In this document: in pieces, positions 20,991-29,553 of the stretch
How the letters are laid out: the number at the start of each line of letters is the position of its first letter
Position numbering within the stretch: position 1 is the stretch's first letter
NCBI GenBank assembly: GCA_937868875.1
Contig: CALMNP010000213.1
Coordinates: forward strand, 1-37,479
Length of the DNA stretch: 37,479 nt
Reading direction: 5' to 3'
Source: an uncultured Bacillota bacterium
Lineage (GTDB): Bacteria > Bacillota > Sulfobacillia > JAMDAP01
The notes under the pieces: generated by a model
Databases searched by the model: none
Seen by the model: only the letters and a program-made list of their open reading frames with translations
Told to the model about the DNA's origin: nothing
Translations under genes and position numbers: made by a program

Positions 20991-21021
20991 ATCTTACCGT
21001 CGGCCGTTTTGACGTGTCAAA
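20991..21021 (-). promoter_or_regulatory. SigA promoter with a palindrome over the -35
   Basis: TTGACA (21020-21015), 18-nt spacer, TAAGAT (20996-20991). Inverted repeat TTTGAC-GT-GTCAAA at 21008-21021. Confidence 0.65.
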
Positions 21022-21072
21022 CAGGCCCTGCATCGGGCCGGCCCGCAAGGGCTCGGGAGGCCGCGGCGGGCC

Positions 21073-21750
21073 TCACTTCCTGGGAATGGCGGCTACCGCC
21101 AACTGGTCGGCCAGCTCATTCAGTTCGTTGCCGGCGTGGCCCTGGACCTTCACCCAGGTCACACGGCGCTGCTCGGCTTCGGCCCGCAGTTGTCTCCACA
21201 GGTCCTGGTTCTCCACCGGGGCTCCCTTGACGTTCCTCCAGCCGCGAGCTTCCCAGCCGCGGAACCAGTTCTGCAGAAAGGCGTTGACCACATAAGCCGA
21301 GTCACTGTTGATGGTCACCGCACTCCCCGGCGGCGTCTGACGCAGGGCCTCGATGGCGGCGCGCAGCTCCATGCGGTTGTTGGTGGTGGCCTCATCGCCG
21401 CCGGAGAAACTGCGGCCGTCGGTGAAGACCGCGGCCCACCCGCCGCGCTGGGGGCCGGCCGCCTGGTTGTTGGAGCAGGCGCCGTCCACGTAGGCGACGT
21501 AGCCGCTTGCACCGGCCGGCGGGGACGGCGGGGCTGCCGCGGCCGCCGGGGCCGCCGCGGTGTCCCGGGACGAGGCCGCCTTGCGGCGGGAGGGCCTGGA
21601 GGCAGGGGCGGCGGGCTCGCCGGTCAGCCCCAGGGGCGAGCCGCACCAGGGGCAATACCGCAAGGGCGAGCCCTGCAGGGTGGGGAGCCCGGAGACGGGG
21701 TCGGCCAGTTGGGCGCGAGCCCGTTCAAAGTCGTTGCAGCAGGACTTCAT
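21073..21750 (-). CDS. rnhA: Ribonuclease HI with an N-terminal Cys-rich domain
   Basis: YVDGACSNN, TTNNRMEL, INSDSAY, VENQDLW, KVQGHAG, NELADQLA give the full acidic catalytic set. N-terminus is CC...YCPWCG followed by an Ala/Pro linker. Confidence 0.9.
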   Translation of the reverse strand: MKSCCNDFERARAQLADPVSGLPTLQGSPLRYCPWCGSPLGLTGEPAAPASRPSRRKAASSRDTAAAPAAAAAPPSPPAGASGYVAYVDGACSNNQAAGPQRGGWAAVFTDGRSFSGGDEATTNNRMELRAAIEALRQTPPGSAVTINSDSAYVVNAFLQNWFRGWEARGWRNVKGAPVENQDLWRQLRAEAEQRRVTWVKVQGHAGNELNELADQLAVAAIPRK

Positions 21751-21827
21751 GGAGTGCTCCTTCCATCCCGGAGGATGGGTCTGTGGTTTGGGGACAGCGC
21801 GGGCGTCTGACGGAGCCGGCGGCCGGA

Positions 21828-24710
21828 TCAGCGGGATACCGGCTCCGGCAGCTCGATGATGCGGGCGCCGGAGGGGTAGCGCCGGGCCGCCTCGACTTCA
21901 CGCTGGTGGCAGCTGAACAGCAGGACCTGGCTGGTACGGCTGAGTTCCACCAGGTGGCCCATGGCCCGCATCAGCCGCTGGTCGTCAAACTGAACGAAGG
22001 TGTCATCCAGCAGGAAGGGCACGGTCTCGCCGCCGCCCGTCAGGAGGCGCGCCATGCCCAGGCGCAGGGCCAGGTAAAACTGGTCCAGGGTGCCTCCGGA
22101 GAGGTCCTCGGCGGCATGAAGTTCACCGTTCTCCGGCACAACCGCGCGCAGGCCGAGCCGGGCGTCCACCCGCACCTCCCTGTACCTGCCTCCGGTGATG
22201 GCGGCGATGGCGGCGGAGGCCGCTTCGTTGAGCCGGGGCGCGAACTCGCGGTGGACCTCTTCCGAGGCGGCTTCGACCTCGGACCTGGCCTGTTCCAGCA
22301 CCCAGCGCCGGTCGTCCAGGCCCTGCCGGGCGATCCGGGCCTCCTCCAATTCGGCCTGCAGCGAGGCGACGTCGGGCAGGTCGCGGTAGGCCTGCTCGAT
22401 GCGCTCTTCCAGGCCGCGAACCTCGGCCTGCTTGCGGGAGCGTTCGGCCCTCAGGGCATCGAGCCGCCGGGCCAGGTCGGAGGGGTCTCCCGACACCGGC
22501 TCCTCCGGTCGGGAAGGCTCCTCGATTTCGCCCAGGGCCTGCTCCAGCGAGGCCTCGTCGCCCTCGGCCAGCGCCTGGCGGAGCACTTCCTCCGCCGTGC
22601 GCCGGGCTGACTCGGCCTCGCGATAGGACTGATAGCTCTGGTAGGCGCGCCGGAACTCGTCCGGGGTGGCCACGCCGGCGGCCCGGAGGACACCGTCCAG
22701 GCGGGTTTGCAGCGAAGACAACTCCGTCTGCTGCGCCGCCAACCGGGACTGGACCTGCTGGATCTGGCGGTCCAGGTCCTCCAGGGCCAGGCGGGTCCGG
22801 CTGTGGGCGGCCCAGACCTGACGAAACTGCCGAATGTGTTCTTCCTGAATGGCCTGCGGGTCAGGGCGGCCTATCCCGGCGGTCGGCGCACCCTCACCCG
22901 GGACGGCGGCCGCCGCAGCCGAGGCCGCACCCTGGGGCAGAGCCGCTGCTACCTGCTGGGCCGCGTCGACGGCTTCGGCCAGGGCCCCGCCTGTTACCTG
23001 GAGAGCCCGGGCAATATTGCGCCGGTCGGTCTCCAGCCGCTCCAGGTCGCGCTCCAAGGACTGGCTCTCCTGCAGCAGCCGCTGACACTCCCGGTTCCTG
23101 GCCTTGAGTTCGGCGGTGCCGGTCACCGCGGCCCCCTGGAGCAGGCCCTCTCGCTCTGCGCGCAGTCCGGCCGCCTGTTCGGCAGCCTGCTGGGCCTGGC
23201 CCTCCAGGGTCTCAAGGGCCAGTGCGGCCTCGCGGGCAGCCTGAAGGGCGGACCCCGGAGGGCGCTTGAGGAGGAGCCACAGGGGAAATGCCGCCACGGC
23301 CGTCAGGGCAACCAGGGGCTGGCGCAGCACCACGGCCAGGCCCAACCCCAGCAGGGCTGCGAGGCCGGAGACCAGGGCGGCAGTCCTGCCGCGGCTGTTC
23401 CGGGCCACCTCCGCCAGCCGCAGGCGCTCCGCCGCCTCGGGCCGGGCCTGGGCCAGGCGAACCTGCTCGGTCTCACTCTGACGGAGGCGGTCGTCCAGTT
23501 CCTCCAGCCGCGTCTCCCACTCCACGCCGCGCTCGGCCAGGGGCCCGAACGCCGCCAGCCGGCTCTTCAAGGCCTCGCGGTCTGCGGCCAGCTTCTGCAG
23601 GCGGGTCTCCCGATCGCGGGCATCGTCCTGCGCCGCGCTGTAGGCGCCGAAGTCCCGTGTGACCTGAGCTTCCAGGTCGGGGTCCAGGGACTGCAGGGGC
23701 TGGAAGGCGGCCAGGGTTCCCTCCGCCTCGGAACGGCGCCGGCGCAGAGACTCCAGAGCGGACTGGGATTCGCGCCCCTCCCGCGCCAGGCGGGAAAGGG
23801 CTTCGGCCAGGGCGGCGACCTCGTCCCGCTGGTCCGCGGGAAAGCCCTGCCAGGCCTGCAGCGAGGCGACCTTCGCCTCCGCCTCGGTCAAAGCCTGCCT
23901 CAGATCCCTCAGGCGCTGCAGCCGTTCCGTCAGGTCCTGCCGGCGCCTGGACGCCAGGTTGCGGCCGGCTTCGGCCTCGCGAGCAGCCAGTTCCTGCTCC
24001 TCTAGCCGGAGGTGTCGCAGACGCGCTTCGTTCCCCAGGTTCTCGTCGCGCACCTGGCAGGCTCGCTGCAACTGACTGTCCAGGGATGCCACCCGCCGGA
24101 CAGCCTGCGCCAGGGGCTTGCCGGAGTCGCGGTCCGGGTGCCCGATCTTGGCCATCTCCTGGTCGAGGAGCTTGATCACGCCGCTGATGGACACGTCCTC
24201 CTGCCCGCCGCCGGCCAGGTTGGCCAGGCGGGCCGTCAGGTCGTGCGTCAGCCCCAGCTTGCCCGCCTCCATCTGCCCGATGCAGGCGGTGGCGGAAAAC
24301 ATCGCGTCGGTAAGGCCCAACTGTTCTTCGGCGAAGAGCAGTTCCTTGCGCCGGTCCTGCCGGAACCGCGAGGTCAGTTCCTGGCCGGTGGCGGCGTCAT
24401 AGAGGCGGATGAAGCCCTTGTCGCCGAAGTCACGCTCGACGCGAAAGGTGGCCCCGCTGTCCAGGCGGTAGAGCAGGACGCCGCGGGGCGATGACCCGTC
24501 CCAGGGGGAGAGGCGCTCCAACTCGGGCAATGGCTGCCGCCGGGCGGCACCGGGCTTCTGCAGGCCGAAGAGCATACCCTGGATGAATCGCATCAGGGTG
24601 GTCTTGCCGGTCTCGTTGGGGCCGTAGATGACGTTGAGGCCGTCGCCGAACTCCAGGCTGAGGCTCTGGAACCGTCCGAACGACGCCACCTGCACCTTGC
24701 GAATCTTCAC
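21828..24710 (-). CDS. Rad50/SbcC-like (YhaN/AAA_27-type) coiled-coil ATPase
   Basis: Walker A GPNETGKT, long coiled coil, signature LSGGT, Walker B FLLDD, SCH. Central hydrophobic segment. Confidence 0.9.
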   Translation of the reverse strand: MKIRKVQVASFGRFQSLSLEFGDGLNVIYGPNETGKTTLMRFIQGMLFGLQKPGAARRQPLPELERLSPWDGSSPRGVLLYRLDSGATFRVERDFGDKGFIRLYDAATGQELTSRFRQDRRKELLFAEEQLGLTDAMFSATACIGQMEAGKLGLTHDLTARLANLAGGGQEDVSISGVIKLLDQEMAKIGHPDRDSGKPLAQAVRRVASLDSQLQRACQVRDENLGNEARLRHLRLEEQELAAREAEAGRNLASRRRQDLTERLQRLRDLRQALTEAEAKVASLQAWQGFPADQRDEVAALAEALSRLAREGRESQSALESLRRRRSEAEGTLAAFQPLQSLDPDLEAQVTRDFGAYSAAQDDARDRETRLQKLAADREALKSRLAAFGPLAERGVEWETRLEELDDRLRQSETEQVRLAQARPEAAERLRLAEVARNSRGRTAALVSGLAALLGLGLAVVLRQPLVALTAVAAFPLWLLLKRPPGSALQAAREAALALETLEGQAQQAAEQAAGLRAEREGLLQGAAVTGTAELKARNRECQRLLQESQSLERDLERLETDRRNIARALQVTGGALAEAVDAAQQVAAALPQGAASAAAAAVPGEGAPTAGIGRPDPQAIQEEHIRQFRQVWAAHSRTRLALEDLDRQIQQVQSRLAAQQTELSSLQTRLDGVLRAAGVATPDEFRRAYQSYQSYREAESARRTAEEVLRQALAEGDEASLEQALGEIEEPSRPEEPVSGDPSDLARRLDALRAERSRKQAEVRGLEERIEQAYRDLPDVASLQAELEEARIARQGLDDRRWVLEQARSEVEAASEEVHREFAPRLNEAASAAIAAITGGRYREVRVDARLGLRAVVPENGELHAAEDLSGGTLDQFYLALRLGMARLLTGGGETVPFLLDDTFVQFDDQRLMRAMGHLVELSRTSQVLLFSCHQREVEAARRYPSGARIIELPEPVSR

Positions 24711-25891
24711 CGGTTTGCCACCCTCCCTTCAAAGGCGTCAAGGCCGGTGAACAGCACCCGCTGCCAGCGGGCCTGCTCGGCCGGGTCCTGCGTCGCCTCC
24801 AGCTTCGCCAGCAGGCGGCGCACGAAGACGCCTCTCGCCGTCTGTTCCCGGGCCAGCCTGTCCAGGTCATGCTCCGGGTAGGCGGCCGAGGAGAGCCGAA
24901 GGACGTGAAACTCCCCCGCCAGGCGGCGCTGCAGTTGGGCCACGTCGACATCCAGGGAGGGGTCCACGGCGCCGGTCAGTTGAATGCGGTAGAGGTGTCG
25001 GCGGCGCTCCTGCTCGGGCACGGCCTGCAGCACCCGGGCCATGACGTCCTCGGGGCTGACCGCACCGGTGATCGCCACCTCCAGGCTGACGTGCTCGCGC
25101 CGGCCCACAGGGCGAAGCTCCAGGCGGCTCGCGCCCTTGCCGACCTCGCCCACCGCCACGCCGTGCGCCCCGGTCTGGCCGAAGTCCAGGGACTCCGGAC
25201 TCCCTGGGTACTGCGCCACCACCCGCTGCTGTCCGCCCGGCCCGGGGACCGCGGCCACCACCCGAGCCTTGTGGAAGTGCCCCAGGGCCACGTAATCGGC
25301 GCCGGTGGCCAGCACCTCCTCGGGCGTGAGCGGCAGGTAGGGGGACTTGCCGGCCGGCAGGCCGGTAACGTCGGACCCGTGCACCACCACCAGGTTGATG
25401 CGGGAGGGGTCGTCCACCTTGAGGTCGCGCAGCAAGTGGCCCGAGACCTCAAAGCGGTCGAACCCGTAGCCGTAGACCGTCACCGGCAGGGCGGGGCAGC
25501 CCTCCGGCCGGTTGTCATCGTCCAGCCGGACAGCCTCCCAGGCGGGGCCGAAGATGTGCACGTTGGTGGGCCAGGCATGGGTGCGGTAGAAGGAGGTTTC
25601 GGTAGCCGCGTCGTGGTTGCCGGGGGCGATGAACACGCGAATCTCCGGGAGGGAGGCCAGCAGGTCACAGACAAACTTGACGGTGCCCTTGCGCACCGAC
25701 TTCTGCTCCAGCAGGTCGCCGGCCACCAGGAGCACCGACACCTGCTCCTGCGCCGCCATCTCCACGATGCGGCGAAACGTGTCCTTGAGCTCCTCGGTAC
25801 GGTCCCGGGCCGCCGCCGGATCCAGGCCCAGGCCGCTGAAGGCCGTGTCCAGGTGCATGTCCGCCAGGTGCAGGATCTTGATCGTGTCCAT
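24707..25891 (-). CDS. Mre11/SbcD-like (YhaO-type) metallophosphoesterase nuclease
   Basis: HLADMHLD, AGDL, PGNHD, VHG, ALGHFH, YPGSPE. ATG at 25891 overlaps the addA stop (TGATG). Confidence 0.9.
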   Translation of the reverse strand: MDTIKILHLADMHLDTAFSGLGLDPAAARDRTEELKDTFRRIVEMAAQEQVSVLLVAGDLLEQKSVRKGTVKFVCDLLASLPEIRVFIAPGNHDAATETSFYRTHAWPTNVHIFGPAWEAVRLDDDNRPEGCPALPVTVYGYGFDRFEVSGHLLRDLKVDDPSRINLVVVHGSDVTGLPAGKSPYLPLTPEEVLATGADYVALGHFHKARVVAAVPGPGGQQRVVAQYPGSPESLDFGQTGAHGVAVGEVGKGASRLELRPVGRREHVSLEVAITGAVSPEDVMARVLQAVPEQERRRHLYRIQLTGAVDPSLDVDVAQLQRRLAGEFHVLRLSSAAYPEHDLDRLAREQTARGVFVRRLLAKLEATQDPAEQARWQRVLFTGLDAFEGRVANR

Positions 25892-28800
25892 CAGGACACC
25901 TCCCCGTGGCCGGCCAGCGCGCCGCTGGCCCGGCAAAAGTCCCTCTGGGGGCAGGTGAGGCAGTGGTTACCAACCTGGGGGGGATAGTCGGTCAGGCTCC
26001 GGCCTTCGGTCATGGTCGCCACAAGATCCTTGAGCCGGATCTCGATGCCGTCCAGGTCGTCCCCCGCCACAGGTATTCGCAGGCATACGTCGGGCTGCAG
26101 GAAGTAGAGCCAGCAAGCCTCCACTGGCAGCCGCAACAGCCGGTGCGCCACCAGGGCGTAGGTCTCCATTTGAATCCGATACTTGCCGGCGGTCTCCTCC
26201 ACCTCATCCAGGCCGATGGCGTTGGTCTTGAAGTCGATGACCAGATGGCGGCCGTCCGCCGCCGTCACCAGGTTGTCCATGACGCCGCCGACGGAGAGCA
26301 GGGTCCCCGGCAGTCGGTACTGGAAGGCATGCTCGGCCCGGGACAGGCCCGAGGCGATGACCGCGAAGACCTCGCTCCGGAGGTAGCGTTCCAGCAGCGG
26401 CCTTACTTCCTTCTCCGCGGCCCGGGCCCGAGCCTCCTCCGTCAGGCCGGCCTCGCGCAGAACCTGGGCCAGGAGGTCGTCCAGCTGGTCCGGGTGCCGC
26501 AGGCGTTCAGCCACGCGGTGGACCAGATTGCCTCGCGTGATGGCGTCCAGGCCCCTGGCCTCCGTGGCCCGGCCCTGCCCCCGGCCCGCGGGTCGGTCCG
26601 TCGGCAGGCCGAACCGCCGCTCCAGGGCGAACCGTCGGGGACAGCCCTGGTAGGTCATGAGGTCCGTCACGGACCAGGAGACAGGCGACTCCGGGCCAAC
26701 CCCCCCCACCCCGGCGCCAGGTTGCGGAGCCGCACCGGTGTGCCTTCCCCTGTCCGGCAGAAAGCCGGCCGCCTCCAGCAGGTCCGGCGGTGGCTCCGGG
26801 ATGGGTGCGGCGCCGGCGGGGGTCTTCGTCCCCCCCTGGGTTTCGGCGGCCAACAGGCCGGCGATGTCGTCCGGCAGCCACAACCGCACCCGGGCCAGAC
26901 CAGGGGTTATGTCCGGGGGCGCGGCAAAGGGGCGATAGGCCGGTACTCCCTCAGCCCGGGCCGCCTGCAGCTCGTCCGTGTCGGTGATGCCCAGGGCGCG
27001 GCAGAGCCACTCCAGCCAGGAGGCCATCTCCAGGTAGTCGCGGGCGGTGTTGATGCGGCTCCTGGTACCCGCCAGCACCAGCCGGTCCCGGGCCCTGGTG
27101 GTCGCCACATAGAGCACCCGCATGGACTCCTGGCGCTCCAGCCGGCGCTCCTCCTCCTCCAGGCGGCGGCGCAGCCAGGTAGTGCGGCGCTCGCCGTCCG
27201 GCCCCACGGCGGACAGGCCCAGTCCCAGTTCCGGACGGTAGAGCATGCCGCGCAGGGCCTGCTGCGTCCGCGCCAGGTCCGCCACCACCACGACCGGAAA
27301 CTCCAGCCCCTTGGACTGGTGCACGCTCATGAGCTTGACCGTGTCCCCCTGGCCGGACTGAATGGCAGCCTCGCCCTCGCGGGCCTCCCTGTCCTCAAAC
27401 TCCCCCACCAGGGCGATGAACTCGCGAAGCCCCGCCGTCCCCTGGCCGAGCCGCCGGGCCAGGGCCACCAGCTTGCGCAGGTTGGCGATGACCTGCTCGC
27501 CGTCGTGCCCGCCCAGAGCGACCAGGCTGTAGCCCGTCTCCTCCAGGATCGTCTCCAGCAGGTCGGGCAGGGGCAGGCGGGACTGCAGCAGGCGGAAGCG
27601 GGACAGCAGGCGGGAGGCGCGCTGAACCAGCCCCGCCTGGACGGGCTCCAGCCCGGTCGGCGGTGCGGCGAGCCGATCCAGCCAGGACGCAGGGCCCTCC
27701 TGCCGGCGAAGGAGGAACAGGGTCTCATCGGACAGCCCGAAGAAGGGGGAGCGCAGGGCTCCCACCAGGGAGATCTCGTCGGCGGGATTCTCCAGGCCGC
27801 GCAGCAGGTTGAGGCAGTCCCGGACCTCCTGCTTGCCGTAGAAGCCGCGCCCCGACACCACGTAGTAAGGGATGCCCCGCTCCCGCAGGGCCTGCTCGTA
27901 GCGCCCCATGTCCGTAGTGGCCCGCATCAGTACAGCGATGTCGCCGTAGCGCACCGGGTGGTCCTCGACCCGGAAGCTCCCCTCGTCCACCAGGCGGTGG
28001 ACATAAGCCGCCACCGCTTCGGCCTCCAGGGCCACGTCGTCCTGGCGGCTGGAGCCGGAATCGCGGCCCGCCTCGCCATCCTTGAGGGCGCGGGGCAGCA
28101 ACACCTCCACCGGCTGCGCCTGGCCCTGCCCCCCGCCTTCGGCCTCATCCTGCCGGCCCGGCACGGCCTCGTCGTAGTCTTCCCGCATCAGGGCGCGGAA
28201 GAGGTAGTTGCTGAAGTGGATCAGGCCCTGGCGGCTGCGGAAGTTCTCGGCCAGCAGGACCTCCTCGCCCCCGGCCTCGGGAATCTCGCGACGGGCGCGG
28301 CGGAACAGCTCGACCTCGGCCCCTCGGAAGCGATAGATGGACTGCTTGGGGTCACCCACCAGAAACAGGTTGACGGGCCGCCATAACCCGATGATCTCGC
28401 TCTGCAGCGGGTTGGTGTCCTGGTACTCATCCACCATCAGGAAGGGGAGACGCTGCCGCAGGTCGCTCGCTACCTCTCCGCGCCGCAGCAGGTCCCGGGC
28501 CAGGATCTGCAGGTCGGAGAAGTCCAGGGCGCCGGCTCGCAGCTTCCTCTCCCGGTAGAGGCCGTGAGCCGACTGCAGCAGGCGCCCGGCCGCCAGCGAG
28601 GCGGGGGCGACGGACAGGCCCCAGACCACATCCTGAAAGGTCTCCAGGGGCTCCGCCAGGGCCTCGATCTCGGCCAGCAGCGAGCGGGTGTTGCGGCTGA
28701 CCACCTTGCCCAAGGGCTCCAGCCATTCCAGTAGGGCCAGGTCCTCCGGGCCCGGATCCCGGTCCTCCGCCGCTGCAACCAGCAGTCGTTCCAGGGCCAG

Positions 28801-29553
28801 GGCGGCCCGGTCCCAGCGCGTCTGCAGCTCGACCGCCTGCTCGGCGGCTCTGGCATTGGTCTTGCCCTTGCCGTCGCCGGCCCGGGCCTTGAGCCCTGCC
28901 AGCAGGCCGGCCACGCCCTCGGTGATGGCGCGGGCCAGGTCCGGCAGAAAGCGGCGGCTCTCCTGCAAGGAACGGGCCGTGGCGGCGGCCGCCTCGTCGG
29001 GCTCCAGCCCGTGCTCCCGCAGCCGGCCATAGACGCCGGACAGCTCGCGCAGGAGCGTGCCCCGGGCGTACAGGGACAGGAGTTGCCCCACCCCTTCGTC
29101 GCCCTGTTCCGCCAGGCTCAGCAGGCTCTGGTCCAGGGCCTCGTGCAGCCAGAGCGCCGCCTCCATCTCCTCCAGGACGCTGAACTGCGGGTCGACCTCG
29201 GCCTCCACCGGGTACTCCCGCAGCAGCTGCGTGCAGAAGCTGTGGATGGTGGTGATGCGTGCCTGCTCCAGATCGCGCTTGCGCCGCTCCCAGAGGACGG
29301 CCTGTTCGCCGGAGGCTGCAGCCGCCGCCTGCTCCAGGGCCTGCCGCAGGCGCTCCTTCATCTCCAGGGCCGCCTTGTTGGTAAAGGTCAGGGCCACCAC
29401 CTGGTCCAGCTCCGCCAGGCCCTGTTCCAGCAGCCCCAAGACCCGGGTGATGAGCACCCGGGTCTTGCCCGCGCCGGCGCCGGCCGTCACCACCAGATGG
29501 CGGTCGAACGTGGTGGCCGCCCGCTCCTGGGAGGCCGTCAGCTCAGTCGGCAC
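25891..29553 (-). CDS. addA: AddA-like UvrD helicase-nuclease
   Basis: AGAGAGKT, TFTNKAA.EM, TIHSF, VDEYQDTN, VGDPKQSIYRFRGA, ENFRS, SVHQSKGLEF, LYVATTRA, nuclease D...DFKT...Q..Y. Start placed at the GTG at 29553 from RBS spacing. Confidence 0.9.
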   Translation of the reverse strand: MPTELTASQERAATTFDRHLVVTAGAGAGKTRVLITRVLGLLEQGLAELDQVVALTFTNKAALEMKERLRQALEQAAAAASGEQAVLWERRKRDLEQARITTIHSFCTQLLREYPVEAEVDPQFSVLEEMEAALWLHEALDQSLLSLAEQGDEGVGQLLSLYARGTLLRELSGVYGRLREHGLEPDEAAAATARSLQESRRFLPDLARAITEGVAGLLAGLKARAGDGKGKTNARAAEQAVELQTRWDRAALALERLLVAAAEDRDPGPEDLALLEWLEPLGKVVSRNTRSLLAEIEALAEPLETFQDVVWGLSVAPASLAAGRLLQSAHGLYRERKLRAGALDFSDLQILARDLLRRGEVASDLRQRLPFLMVDEYQDTNPLQSEIIGLWRPVNLFLVGDPKQSIYRFRGAEVELFRRARREIPEAGGEEVLLAENFRSRQGLIHFSNYLFRALMREDYDEAVPGRQDEAEGGGQGQAQPVEVLLPRALKDGEAGRDSGSSRQDDVALEAEAVAAYVHRLVDEGSFRVEDHPVRYGDIAVLMRATTDMGRYEQALRERGIPYYVVSGRGFYGKQEVRDCLNLLRGLENPADEISLVGALRSPFFGLSDETLFLLRRQEGPASWLDRLAAPPTGLEPVQAGLVQRASRLLSRFRLLQSRLPLPDLLETILEETGYSLVALGGHDGEQVIANLRKLVALARRLGQGTAGLREFIALVGEFEDREAREGEAAIQSGQGDTVKLMSVHQSKGLEFPVVVVADLARTQQALRGMLYRPELGLGLSAVGPDGERRTTWLRRRLEEEERRLERQESMRVLYVATTRARDRLVLAGTRSRINTARDYLEMASWLEWLCRALGITDTDELQAARAEGVPAYRPFAAPPDITPGLARVRLWLPDDIAGLLAAETQGGTKTPAGAAPIPEPPPDLLEAAGFLPDRGRHTGAAPQPGAGVGGVGPESPVSWSVTDLMTYQGCPRRFALERRFGLPTDRPAGRGQGRATEARGLDAITRGNLVHRVAERLRHPDQLDDLLAQVLREAGLTEEARARAAEKEVRPLLERYLRSEVFAVIASGLSRAEHAFQYRLPGTLLSVGGVMDNLVTAADGRHLVIDFKTNAIGLDEVEETAGKYRIQMETYALVAHRLLRLPVEACWLYFLQPDVCLRIPVAGDDLDGIEIRLKDLVATMTEGRSLTDYPPQVGNHCLTCPQRDFCRASGALAGHGEVS

